Positions 23,545 to 36,359 of a stretch of 50,691 nt of DNA are shown in pieces. The stretch lies in contig JYFJ02002791.1 of assembly GCA_000934665.2 (NCBI GenBank), positions 1 to 50,691 of the forward strand, written 5' to 3'. The notes below the pieces were generated by a model that was given only the letters and a program-made list of their open reading frames with translations, was not told the DNA's origin and did not search any database. Source of the stretch: Catajapyx aquilonaris (taxonomy: Eukaryota). A program made the translations under genes and the position numbers. Within the stretch, counting starts at the first letter, position 1. Each line of letters opens with the position of its first letter.

Positions 23545-26500
23545 TCAGAGTAATATGCAAGTGCTGCTTTGAATCTTTTGCTTGGTACTGTTTCCAAATC
23601 CACCACAACAGTCCATGAGGCTCAATGATCTCCAGTCCGGGTTCTGGTTCAACCCTTGCTGCTGTTGCTGCTGCATGGCTTGCCTGCAGTTGGGACACAA
23701 GTTGTCCGGAATAGCCGCCGTGTTCAAGATGGCCATCTTGTTGCTGTTCACGCTTGTTATCATAACCGGGACTTGGATGACTTGATCGTCCATAGTGGAC
23801 GTGTCCACCTGACGGACAGCCACTGGCACTGTCCCGTTCTGGAGGGAACTCTTCGGGCTCGGGATGCTATTGGGAAGGTCAATTGGCTGTTCTGGTTGCC
23901 TTTCGGGTTGCGATGTAGGTTCAGGTTCCGATGGTGGTGGAGGTTCCGTGGGTGGTACATCGGAAGAAGGATCTTCCTGCTGAGGCATGATATTGGCTTG
24001 AGAGCCTAACGTCGGGGGTGCCAGGAGCTGCTGGCTTTTCCTGGGCTGGCTGGAGCGTCGTCGGCTCTGTCGGGTGGGAGGTGTCGGTGGTGAAAGGTTC
24101 TCATCCATATCTTCTGGTTCTTCTGGTAGCAGGATAGGTTCTGTAACAATGCAAGGTTCGTACCACAAGGAACTGTTTTCAAATTAATCACGTTATTCTT
24201 ATGGGCCTTATAAGACACCGCAGGCAAACACAACGGCACATGCAATATTGCCCCTAGCACATCAATCTTGACAACATGTCACTACACGATTGTATATTTG
24301 AGCCGATGAATGAACTTTCGGTACCTTTAACAGGAGAGCCTGTGAGTGATCTACGTGCGACGTCGTCAAGTGTTACAGGAGAGTAGACGTTTCTTCTGCG
24401 TTCTGGGCTCGTCGAAGCGTTCGTACCCCTTTGTCGAAGGTCATCTCCATCCGACGACGACTTAAAAGGAACTCTTTTCTCTCGATCGTGTAGCCAGTAC
24501 GTCTTCATTGTTCCTGAAAAATACATTTGTTTTGGAACACGAAGCATTTAGGATGTTTCAGGGGAAAACTTCCTTAGCACATTTATAACAGTCGAGCGTA
24601 CCTTTCCCTTTGATGTTGACCTCTCCTCGCTCTGATATGGAGTACTCGGACGGTAGCAGGTCTTTCGTGTATTGTGATATGTGTATTTTCATGGCTTCAC
24701 TCGACGATTCCAGACGAGATGCTGTGTTGACCGAATCGCCGAAGAGGCAGTATCGTGGCATTTTCAATCCTACCACACCTGCTACAACTGTCCCAGTGTG
24801 TACCCCGACACGGATCCTCAAATGCTGCCCTGTAGAAGGGTCTTTGAGGTCAATTATATTCTCGACCATGTCCAATGCCATGTCACAGATCCGTTCTGCG
24901 TGGTTTTGCTCCTTGACAGGTGCACCTGACACGACCATGTAAGCATCGCCGATGGTTTCCACCTTGTATACCTGATTCCGTTCAGTCAGGTTGTCGAAGA
25001 TGGAATACATGGTGTTGAGCATTGAAACCACCTGCATCGGAGTTATTCGACTGCAGATTTCCGTGAAGGTAACCACATCCGAAAAGAGGATAGTGACGTT
25101 CTCGAAGACTTCGCAAGTGTCAATAGGGTTCTCGCCCTTTCGGAGTCTGTCAGCGACTTGCTTAGGAATCATCTGGTAGAGAAGTTCGTCAGTGCGCTTC
25201 ATCTCTTCATCCAGCTTCTTCATGGATTCTTCCAGCTTCCTGGACTTTTGCTGCTCTTGATCCAGAGCCAGTTTCAGCTCCACTGACTGCTGAGTGCCGG
25301 CCAACATCAGGTCTCTGACAGGAATACAAAGAGTCATCCAACAGTTGAATTACCCCGTATACGTATGAAGAAATTAATCAGCCAGAGCCATCAGAGTACC
25401 CTCTTGATACATCTCTGGGATTTATATCCTAAGGTCCGCATGTAAACTATCGAAATCCGCATTGGGCAAGAGTGATGTATAGAGTGATTAGTCGAATGGA
25501 GGTGTATAACAGGAGTTGGTGGTGTAGGGAGGAGAGGGATGCAGTGTGTCTGGTCATTAATTAAAAGCCTCTAATGCACCTGCTCCGGAGGGAACTTGTT
25601 GCAAAATCTTTTTTGATAGAAGAGGGAACTCTCACTGATAGCCTACGTTTTCACTGGTACGAGTAAAGGAGACCATCATGACGTCAATATTACTTAATAT
25701 GATTGAATAGTTGTGGTTCAATGGCCTACTTACCTGCTAAAGTCATGCATGGAAAGGTCATTGATGTACATCCCTGTCATCAGCATACTTTCCAGGTCTG
25801 CCATTACTGGCGTACCCAAGTACATCATTAATTTCCATTCTTCCATGAACATCATTTGGCCTGAAAAGAAACGTAGTGGGATATGATGGAGTTGTAGTGG
25901 GGGTTTGAGAGGGGGGGAAAAAAAGCTTCTGAATAATTCTTCATTGCGTGAAGGACGCTTATAATCCTAATTTCACTTTGGTCAATTTGCGTCCCATTTG
26001 TCACCGCTGACAGTGATTCGTTTAAATCGCCTTTTCGAATCGATTTGAGTACCTTTCAGATGCAAATTACGGTCTCTGTCAATGTCGTCGTCGTCGTCGT
26101 TCAGCAAGTCTTGCCCCTTTGATGTGATGACCGGTTCGACAGTCACCAATTCAAAAATATTATTTGTCCGATCTAAAATCTGCAAGCAAAATTTTATCAA
26201 TATTAATTCCATAGAATCACATGTTGCAATTTGTGCAATACTGCATGTAGTACATAATACTCACACTATCAAAATGGAACTCGATCAGAGGTCGAACGAG
26301 GTCAAAGCAATCGATGAACTTCTTTCCAATCAAATCAGGCAAAATTTGTATTAGTGAATTTCCAACATTGCGAATAATCATATCTGGCCTGTAAAAAAAT
26401 GCCAAATTGTTAATATCATTATAGTGACGATGACAGTTTAAAAAAAGGTGACTAAAGGTCGAAGTTCATAACAAAGAGAATTCCAAAGTTCTCGTGAAAA

Positions 26501-29500
26501 AAATCTACGTGTGATGGAGTATATAGCGAGGATCTGTTGATCGATACTGCAAGTACCTAGCCCCCTGGTGTTTAATTTACTCAGCCGCTTCATTTTAAGC
26601 TGGCTCAAGGCGTCAAGTAAAATCCACTTCCGGCTGTTGTAATAAATTGTTTGCCCCTCCCTTTTTTCGTAGCCTACAGGCTCATCCAGGTGTGACTCCA
26701 AAGCGAAAACTCGCAGCCAAACTTTTGTACCGAAAATAATTCAGACGTCAAAAGTTTACAACACTTCAAAATGTCTCAAAAAAGCAAGTTTTGTAAACTG
26801 TCCCCGATCTTTCCAAAAAAAAATGTTAAAAAAATCCAGTTGCAATGAGGCATGCCCACTTACCCGAAAACTATGCAGAATGGAAATATTTCAAAGATGA
26901 CTCTAGCTCGAACCGGAAGTTGCTGTTCTTCTCGAATGAGCGTCAAGCTCGTAGCATGCGCAAAAGCTCTGTTGTCAAAAAAGAGCTGAAATGTTACATG
27001 CACTGTGTCGAACTGAATCTCCTGGTGCACCAAGTCAATTCGCAGGTCCATATTGTAGAAGTGTTTGGCCACCTGTAAAATAATAATAAAAAAAAGAAGA
27101 TGAACCCAGATAATAATCCGGTCTCAAATTGAGTTTCTTTCCCAGGAGCTGTTTTTTTCGTTTCCCGCATTCCTTCAAGGAGAAAATGCGGTGAAATTGA
27201 TACCCGAAACGGAGAAAAAGCAAGGGAGGAAAAGTTTAGATCCCTTAGCAACCAATGGTCAGCCAATAGACATGCTTAGATCAAGGCGGTTTTGTGTATA
27301 CCAGACCAGGGAGCATATACTACATAAGAGGCGCAAACATTCGATTTCCGTGTCTCTCTGTTTAGGGCGTTGCCATGGCTGGCGGCCATCTTGAAGTGTG
27401 GGGAACCCCAACGAGGTATAAATAGAGTACAGGCAAAAATAGGGTCCCCATCTTTGATTCGCGCGTGTTCTTGCCGTGTATAGTTGCCATGGCCGCCAAA
27501 ACCATCAAAGATGGCGGACCCTATTTTTGCCTGTACCCTATTTATACCTCGTTGGCGTTCCCCACACTTCAAGATGGCCGCCAGCCTTGGCAACGGCCCC
27601 AAACAGAGAGACGCGAACATCAAAGGCGCCCGGGAAGAAATGAACCCACCAAAAACATTTCTGTAAAAAAATGCCAAGTTCTCCTGACTGCTTGGCCGTA
27701 AAAAGTGGTGAGGCGGTGAGATGAGTGGAGATGGTGAGGTGGTGAGGTGGTGAGATGAGGAAAACACCTGCTAGTAGCCCCGTAAAAATTTTCACGCACA
27801 GAGAGCCGCCATGAGAGTTTTCCCAGCCGTTTTGGACTTGGCAAAAAGTCGACTTTTGCACGTGCCACCTTGTCCATCTGTTCCTCATTAAGCCGCCAGA
27901 TAACAATAGCATCTCTCCGGCGCTCCCTCCCCCCACCTGCTGACAATGTGGATGTACTCTAATCCCACCTCAGCTGCAACCCCTCCCGTCCTTCCCACCC
28001 GGACCACAGATGGCAGGCAAATGACGGTTGGCAGGCGTACAGACGGACAGAGACGACAGACTCACAAACGGCTTTATTTATATAGATATGCTCCCTGACC
28101 AGACACAATCCTATAGGAAACTGGATTTAATAATTCAATCCATATAGTGAATAGAGCTCCTTTGATTCAAAACTCTCCCATTATGCCGACTAGCAGAGAG
28201 AGGCGTTAATTAGTACCAGAATTGCGCATTTTCAGCCACCTATATCCAAACTTGGGACCACTCATTCAGTCAAATAAACGTGAATGCTCAGCAAATCCGT
28301 ATACTGTAAGTAGTGACCAGCCGCACTATATACAGTTTGAAGCTTCGCAAGTCTCTCTATAATGGTAGTGTGTCGCTGGAAGCATTATTAGGAGATCTGA
28401 AGTGGGGTCTCATTAGGTGGTCTTTTCATGGGCCTCCGGCATCAGAGCGAAGCGGAAACGTATTATCGCTTAATTTTCCTGCCAGTATTATATTCGCTCG
28501 AGTCAACTCTAAGAATTTCTTTCGTGTCTTCCTATAGAGTTGCAGTGGCTCATATGACAATAATGTTTTTTGGACAATCCAAATGACATTTTTATCGCGA
28601 AAAACATAGCTTTAGGAAGTTTTGTAATTAACTTGATCGAATATTGTGGCTGTACTTCAGGATTTGCTTTTTGAATAGGACAGCCTCGAGATGGGTTGAA
28701 TTATTAAGAGGATCATCCATCAGGAAATGAAAAGTCTTGTGGGTATCAGAGACGGCAAAAAAGAGATTTTTGAGAGGCAGTTTTTATAATCACTGTCTAC
28801 TTCCTGCTTCTTCTTTGGCTTCCTAAGCCTCTTGACAAGGGGCACGTCACAGGATTTCTGACTCTGAGTTTTATCAATGCAGACAATATTACGCGATTTG
28901 CTCACCAGGTATAATTCAACATTGCAGGATTTATTCTGACTCTTTAAAATGTGTATTTGTTCTTTACAATGACCTATTTCAATTCAATCCTAATTATATT
29001 TGAAAATACATGATGCAATACAGAAACTTTCATAATTATGCTGCTGGAAGAGAAAAGTATCAACCAGCCCCCGGACACTCATACTACCTTCTGCTGTTAT
29101 CACCTGCCGACGCGTTTTGCAGAAGGTGCTCACTTGAGAGCGCCATGAGACATTTCACTATCCGTTTAACTGGCGGACTAACACTGAACTTTATAGGTAC
29201 AAAAAGGAAGCTCTACATTGCGGGCACAAAATGGCCGCCGGCGACCATGTTGGGTCCACCAGTGTAGCGCTTCCCTTTTGTTAGTTTTGTACCTATAAAG
29301 TTCAGCGTTAGTCCGGTAGGGTCGCCAGTTAAACGGAGAGTGAAATGTCTCATGGCGCTCTCAAGTGAGCACCTTCTGCAAAACTCGTCGGCAGGGGGTA
29401 GGTGGGAGTGTCCAGACCTTATCTTCTATGGCCGTGGTATCAACATTTCAAAAAGAACTGTCCCGTCGAGCGGGTAGCCTACACGTCAGGATGAACGGTG

Positions 29501-30785
29501 ATACTATCGGGTTCAAATATTTTTGGCCACTTTATCCTGGTCTTGAAGCAACCCTTCGCACAGACCCCCACGTTAAGGAGGTATGTGTGTGCGAAGGGTT
29601 GCTTCAAGATCAGGATAAAGTGGCCAAAAGTATATGAACCCGATAGTACAGTGAAACCTGTATATGTTGGACACTGACGGTTTCAAGGAAAATTGTCCAA
29701 CATATTAGGGTGGCCAACTTCACAGTAATTGAACAAAATAATAACTTACCTGCTTAATTTGTCCCATGGTGTAGTACACAAAACCACGCCGTTTGCTCCG
29801 ATAATGAAGAGTCAGTCCTTGGCTGGTTTCATGCTCGCATATGAAAGATGGCGCTCGCATGCGAGGGTACGAGAATTTCAGGTACTCGTGAAGGTTGTCC
29901 AGGCCTAACAGGTGAATTAAGAAAAAAGTGTCTCGACTAACAATACTCTCGGGAAGTGCAATTACTACAACTTGTGTATATAAGAAACTTACGTGGTCTA
30001 CAAAAAACTCGTTACTATAGTAGCGTATACTGAGAAAGTAATACTCATTCTTCTTGGCTTTTTCCTTAACTGACCTTAAACCTGCCGTGACAAATTGGAG
30101 CAATAAAAGTCGTGTTTGTTCTCGGCTAACTCAGAGAGCGAAAAAGAAAACAAACTGGCCTAGGTTACTAGTAGTTACTGTAGGAAAGATAAATTCAAAG
30201 CTGAAGGAAATCGAGACAAATACGACCAAGAAGAGTATAGTTTAAGAAGGGTTTTTTTTCTCTCTGCTGCATGTACCATATGCGTAAATGGAATATCTTA
30301 CCATTTAAGAAATCTCTCATGTGGCGACCCAGGACGGAAAGCACTCGATCGTAGCCATACTGGCCCACGAACTCCACAAAATAATGTCCCATGTTTTCGA
30401 AAAATTCTTGTTCGGTTACTCCCAACACCTAAATGTGAAATACAACATATTATTGACACGAACCACACAGGTACGAACCACACAGGTACGAACCACACAG
30501 GTACGAAACACTTCAAGTGGCGCTTACTTCTAACACCAATAATTGAAACAGCCAGTGACTGGAATTATATGCCACTATAGTTGGTCACCAATAGTGTTGA
30601 ATAATGGTTATAACTACCTTCATGGCATGTCTGGCCAGCTTTGGAAGCAGCTTCTCGGAATAGACCTGATGCACCGAGAAGGCCGGATAGTCCACATTTG
30701 CAGTGTGACAAATTTCTTCCCATTTGTCCTCGCCAAACTTCCATTTCACGTACTCAGATAGATTCTCCAGTAGTAGCCCGTACAT
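23545..30785 (-). CDS. Gyc88E: Atypical soluble guanylyl cyclase (Gyc88E / beta3-like), 844 aa; exons 30785-30618, 30428-30302, 29904-29750, 27072-26864, 26388-26265, 26179-26053, 25860-25734, 25314-24602, 24513-24325, 24140-23545
   Basis: H-NOX domain (MYGLLLENL, heme His in [13 protein letters not shown] = YxSxR), PAS/HNOBA ([27 protein letters not shown]), coiled coil, and catalytic domain ([46 protein letters not shown]). Ten exons join in frame (2535 nt) and end in CILL-stop. Splicing of the last exon is the least certain part. Confidence 0.93.
27306..27630. mobile_element. CCAGGGAGCATATACTAC-family MITE, right end truncated
   Basis: Palindromic; same family as 31799-32137, in opposite orientation; cut off at 27630. 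Confidence 0.88.
27645..27760 (+). repeat. Dispersed repeat with a GGTGAG(A/G)T tandem run
   Basis: First ~70 bp nearly identical to 45849-45919. Confidence 0.8.
27771..28086 (-). mobile_element. Non-autonomous Helitron-like element
   Basis: Reverse strand starts A|TCTATATAAATAAAGCCG followed by a GTCT/GTCC microsatellite, and ends CTAG preceded by the near-palindrome CGTGAAAATTTTTACG. Confidence 0.65.
29100..29398. mobile_element. TA-flanked foldback MITE
   Basis: CCTGCCGACG.GTTTTGCAGAAGGTGCTCACTTGAGAGCGCCATGAGACATTTCAC and its reverse complement form the arms; TA on both sides. Confidence 0.88.
29504..29646. mobile_element. 143-bp TA-flanked hairpin MITE
   Basis: TA|CTATCGGGTTCA..CTTGAAGCAACCCTTCGCACA ... 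TGTGCGAAGGGTTGCTTCAAG..TGAACCCGATAG|TA. Confidence 0.88.
29649..29725. mobile_element. pogo-like MITE end fragment
   Basis: TA|CAGTGAAACCTGTAT, the same terminus as the element at 4349. Confidence 0.5.
30458..30510. repeat. 15-bp minisatellite (ACGAACCACACAGGT) x~3.5 in cyclase coding intron 1
   Basis: Direct tandem copies. Confidence 0.92.
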
Positions 30786-31798
30786 GCTGAAAGCCTATTC
30801 TGTGGAGAAGAAGTTTCAACCATAATACTCGTATATCACGGGGCCAGCCACAGTTTCACTGCAGCAGGCATCGTGACTGATGATTGAACGGATGGGAATG
30901 AGATGAATCCAGTTTCATCACATCATGCTGTAACATATTGCGGTTGGTGCTGGGAATATAATGTCGACAAGTTCACAAGAGAACTGGAATTTATTTTCCT
31001 GTCGCCGCCAAATATATTTACCAAAATAGGGCTACATTCCAAAAAAAGGATTCGCACGTAACTATATAGGAACAATACATGTGGCCGAGATATATCTTAG
31101 GTCGGTTTCGGGTTTTAGAGACACGGAAATGACTTGGAGACCAACTACGCTTCTCTTGTTTACCAACATCGAGTATAATCCCAGCTCTTCCCATAGGACA
31201 CAAAAGAATAAGGACCGGTTGCGCTAGGCTCACGCAATTCAAGGGACCCACTCAGCGTAGCTAATAATGTAGGTTGAAGTGAGTAAATCAACTACAGGGA
31301 CTACTCATGATTAGGCTCTATTGAAACTATGGAATTGCAACTAGTGTACCCATCATCAACTTTCATGAATACGTGAATAGCTCATTGATTATTCGAACAT
31401 ACAGTATATGCCAAGTTTGGGCGTCCATGATATCAAGATTTTTGGGATTTATTTTGATAACGATGTAGGAAATGTACTGTACGCCCTATTTCCAAAATGT
31501 GATGTATAGGTACAGTAAGCGAGCTTTTGGCTTAGGACAAACTCTATATGCTGTAACAATTCAGAAAGCAGGGTAAGCCTCCCGTGTTTTTGTGCTTTAT
31601 TTGTGGTCCCCGAAGTGGACTAACTTTTAGTACACCTATCCAATACATTGTGGCAAACATAACGAGGCTAAACCTCCCCAGTGCAACACAAAATGAGGTG
31701 ATCCGCATGAAAGGTCGAGTATGAGTCATTGTATATTATAATCACCTTACTGGAAAGTACACTATTCATTACCGGATATTTTTGTGTGTGCAGTAGTG

Positions 31799-32137
31799 CC
31801 AGGGAGAATATACTACATAAGAGGCGCAAACTTCTGTCGGCGCCTTTGATGTTCGCGTCTCTCTGTTTGGGGCGTTGCCAAGGCTGGCGGCCATTTTGAA
31901 GTGTGTGGAACGCCAACGAGGTATAAATAGGGTACCGGCAAAAATAGGGTCCGCCATCATGGCAACTACATGGAAAGAAAGGCAAGAACACGCGTGAATC
32001 AAAGATGGCAGACCCTATTTTTGCCTGTACCCTATTTATACCTCGTTGGCGTTCCACACACTTCAAAATGGCCGCCAGCCTTGGCAACGCCCCAACGATC
32101 GAATGTTTGCGCCTCTTATGTAGTATATGCTCCCTGG
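31799..32137. mobile_element. Full-length CCAGGGAG(A/C)ATATACTAC-family MITE
   Basis: 33-bp TIRs plus internal inverted arms; flanks AGTAGTG / TATAGTG could be a degenerate 7-bp TSD. Confidence 0.9.
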
Positions 32138-33727
32138 TATAGTGCAGTGATTTTCATATCGGACGTGAAGCAACCTTGGTACAAAATAGATGCCTCAATT
32201 TTTATTTTCAAAATTACCACGACCAAAATATTCAAACCTTTCGTCCCATAGCCTGACCATTCCTGCTTGTTTCGCCAACTTTAAATTCTTCTGGTTAATT
32301 TTGACAAATAAAATGGGCCGAGAATACGCCTAACGAATTCTCCTGTCCTACTATGGCATTTCCATGATCCCAGCTTTTGTTAAGGGCTGTCACTGTGCAA
32401 ATTGGACGTGAAAGTTTAACTCGCTTTTAAATCACAACTTGCCCCGTTTGTGCGAACGACTCTTCCAATCAAGGTCCCTCCTTTGTCAACGAAACTCTGA
32501 TGAAATGGGCCAAAGTGGACCCCGGGGCTAACACTTGTTCTCCGGAATAAATCCCTACATTCACCTTAGTCTCCCACAAAACCACACTTGCGCGGTCACC
32601 ATAGAGTTACGGGGGCCATTTTCAGCAGCTCGGTTGGACATAAAGTGCAGAGGCGGACGAAGTACTCTACTTCAGAGGTTCATGATTACATGCGTAAAAT
32701 ATGCTTTATATGTTAAGTATGGCCGCAACATATGCACTCGAAAATGTCACGCTGGTATAGTAGAAAGAACGACTTTTGTCACCTTTATCCTGATAGTTAT
32801 GCCCTCTTATGATTCACCTATTGCCGCCATTACATTTGCATGCTAAAAACTGTGCGCACAATATGAGAATATTTTAGTCAACATACTGCGCCTTATCCAC
32901 TCGCGACAGAAACAGGAGAGAATAATAGAATTATTGATTTCGCAATTTTCGCATGATTTCACAATTACTGTGGTGGAACTGGCTTTGTGTTCAGTCATAT
33001 AGAAAAACTCATTTTTGTGGGCTCAGAACTAGATTTTGTGTCACTTTTTAAAGGCACTGGGCATCTAACTTTAAAATGCGATTTTTTTTTTCATTTTGGT
33101 CGGTATTTTGCACATTTCGATTGAAAAATTGATGTAAAGTGCATTGTATGCACTGATCCGACTTGCTGGAAAAATAGGCGGCACCAAAACCTGTGGCCTG
33201 CGTGGCGATTAATGTATTCAAGTTTTTTTTTGTTGCCTACTGTAGCCTACTTTTGATGGTTTTTCAAAAAAAAAAAAACACACACACATACATACACAAA
33301 AGAAACAGATTCCCTTTCATTGAACTATACGGGTATGAAAATAAATACTGCGTCACCTATATAGGTCCTTGATATACAAAGTTTAAAAATGTGTACCGGC
33401 ATACCTGAAAATTAGGTAGATATTACGGTACCTTGGCTTAATCCTTGTCAGTTAATTGGTAAGTGTCCCAGAGGCCCCAATGTAATTTCTAACCGGCGTG
33501 GTACACTGAAGCTCTATTTTGAATTAGCAACTTTGTTTTTTGCAATAAGTTGATGTAATCGTTACCAACTTTCATATAACAATTAGTTTCGAACCCACGC
33601 CTTTGGTAGCGGAAATTACAAGGATAATATGTCACATCCATTGTGGCAAGGAACAATATGAATTATTCTTGTAGGCTATTAAATCACGCCGATTTGTCTT
33701 CCAGTAACATAATGCGCAAAAGTAGTA

Positions 33728-33942
33728 AGGTGAAGTGGGGTAAGTGCATACACGGAGTAAGTGCATAAACTGGCCGCCATATTGGAATGAAAATGGCTGA
33801 CATGCTCACCTCTTGTGGGGATGTGATGTGCAGCTACACAAAAGAGTGCCTTACGTGTTTTGGTGTCGTCAGCCATTTTCATTCCAATATGGCGGCCCCG
33901 TGTATGCACTTACCCCGTGTATGCACTTACCCCACTTCACCT
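33728..33942. mobile_element. TA-flanked pogo/Fot1-like MITE
   Basis: TA|AGGTGAAGTGGGGTAAGTGCATA ... TATGCACTTACCCCACTTCACCT|TA, with a duplicated subterminal GTAAGTGCATA. Confidence 0.88.
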
Positions 33943-34823
33943 TAACTAATATTTTATAGATAGTCACTCCAGTTTTTTTTCTCCAATAGTCAGCACTGTC
34001 GCACTCAGCACAACTAGATTCCGACCCCCCCCCCCCCAAACAACACCCCAAAAAAACTCACAAAGTAGAATAAGACTACATTCCAAGTTGTGACGTCACA
34101 AAAAATACGCTAAGAAGAAATGAGCTTATCCCATCTTGTATCCCTCGCAAAGACATCTCTTTTGAAGAAGCCGTATAGAGCCTCTCTTGACAATCAAAGC
34201 CCACTGCAGGCTCCCAAGTTATTCCACTTGCGACGCAAGAAAATTAGATTCCGCCCCCTGACCGTGTGACAAAGGCTTAAAAGCAGACTTACTTATTAAT
34301 GTCCTGGGGTAATGTAGTGGCAGTTGAAAAGAGAAAACTTGAATGTTAGGCACTAACCCCAAGGCACGACTAGCAATCATTAAAATTTTCCTTTTTCTTC
34401 GTGGTCGGTCGTTTCCAAAGAGTAGGGGAAGGAGTAGATGGGTCAGGGGGACAGGGGAGGAGTACTTTACAAAATGTCTCTCTTGAAAATTGGTGCTGTA
34501 CCTTGAAAGACAAAAGCAAGGTCCGGAAATGAAAAAGACAACCAAATTGTCACGATATTCCCGGATCGTATATAACGCACGCGATACTGATTGTTATTAT
34601 GTTAATTGCTATTTGTAACTATTGTTCGGTTCATGCACTCTCAGGAAAATATTGCTGACGAAAATGGCTTACCTGTCGACCACACCTGTCGTCTGCTTCG
34701 GAAGGACAATTTTGGGTCAGACGGCCCTTAATATGAACAGCTCCAACCACCACCGACGCCTTTCTTCACTCGAGCCCGCATTTCCTTCAAAGAGTAACAG
34801 AAACATAAGTTTGTGCCCTACAT

Positions 34824-34927
34824 CAGGGAGCATATACTACATAAGAGGCGCAAACATTCGATTTCCGCGTCTCTCTGTTTGGGGCGTTGCCTGCGGCCAT
34901 TTTGAAGTGTGGGGAACGCCAACGAGG
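34824..34927 (+). mobile_element. Left-arm fragment of the CCAGGGAG-family MITE
   Basis: Matches 27307-27416. Confidence 0.85.
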
Positions 34928-36073
34928 CTACAGGCAGAATTGACACATCTTGCGAAACAGTTAGAAGGGCATCGGTTTCTTTTCCCTGCTTGTTTGGGAG
35001 CAGAGCAAGTGCTCCATTTTCTCCGTCAGAGAATATCCTCTAAACCCGGTTGGGTTAAGATATTGGACCCGGTTTTCGTGTCTGGAATAGGAATCGTCTG
35101 GGGATAGTGGGAATAGACTTCCGTGCTGATTGTTAGGACTTTAAAGGAGGCCGAATCCCATTATATGGATGGCTTTGAGGTATGCACTTACATCTAAACT
35201 TGCCATGGTGGTTATATAGCCCGCAGAGTGGACAAATAAACATTAATTAATAAGAGCTACCGTAAGCCCCTTGCTTCAATACCGTTCCTCTGAAAGCAAA
35301 TCCTAATTGAGCCCATCTCGTTCCCTCGAATATAACTTGATTAGGAACACCCCCCCCCCACCCCCCACCCCACACACACACACAGTTTCACACCAACCAA
35401 GGTTCTTCCTTACACTCTCACATAGTCATTACAGGGGTGGCAGAAAGTTGATTACAAGTGTGCTTATGGGATTGTTTTCATTCATCTCTATGCTTGTAGT
35501 TAACTTTGTATTACGTTGATTTAAATGTCAGTTGGTTTAACGACACCAGTCACCGTGCGTATAATTTCAGTTGGAATGTGATTATTAACGTAGGGGATTC
35601 GTTGCACACATCGGGTGCTGCAAACGCGGATTAGAGCCTTCAGTGCGAAATGAATACATATAGAACTGGTAATCATGTAACATGATTAGTAGAAATGATT
35701 AGATTTTGGAGTGTAGGCTTTCGTCCTGCATCATATGCATGAACTTGTCGGAACTTTGAACTGAACATCACAGTCGCATTCATCTAATTATTATTTTTTG
35801 TCCAGTGAGCTCTCTTTTGAATTTCCGCATCTGCCGGTGGTCAAATAGATAACGATCATTTCACATTTCTATTACACATTAGTTATTACATCATACTGTT
35901 GTTACTTTTATGTTGCTCTTGAGCAGAGTGTACAATTTTTTACTTGTCGCGTTTGAAAGCATTCGGGAAACCAGGATACGAAATCTATACAAAAACATTA
36001 AATTGAACCACTGTGCAGTTATGTCAAGCATACCAGCTTAGTAATGACACACCATTGACCAGGAACATGAGGA

Positions 36074-36359
36074 CAGTGTTGGACATTAATCGCGTCGTAC
36101 TGCTTGCGACGTTTTTTTTCGATGCGGCAGACGTGCAAATCGAAGTTATAGAGTGCGAGCCGTGCGAGTAAGAAGAGGTAGGCCTTGGGTGACGTCACCG
36201 GCAGTGGGGGCAATTGAGAAAAGCCTTGTCCCCAGCCAGTGACGTCACCCAATGGCTACCATTTCCTACTCGCACGGCTCGCACTCTATCACTTCGATTT
36301 GCACGTCTGCCGCATCGGAAATGTCGCTAGCAGTATGACATGATTAATGTCCAACACTG
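36074..36359. mobile_element. Tc1-like foldback MITE (CAGTGTTGGAC ends)
   Basis: Arms of about 125 bp; right flank TA, left flank GA; each arm carries TGACGTCA. Confidence 0.88.

Noticed and set aside
27276..27946. Repeated peptides such as [15 protein letters not shown] (also at 31668-32251 and 34622-35107)
   Set aside because: Produced by copies of a palindromic MITE, not by a gene family
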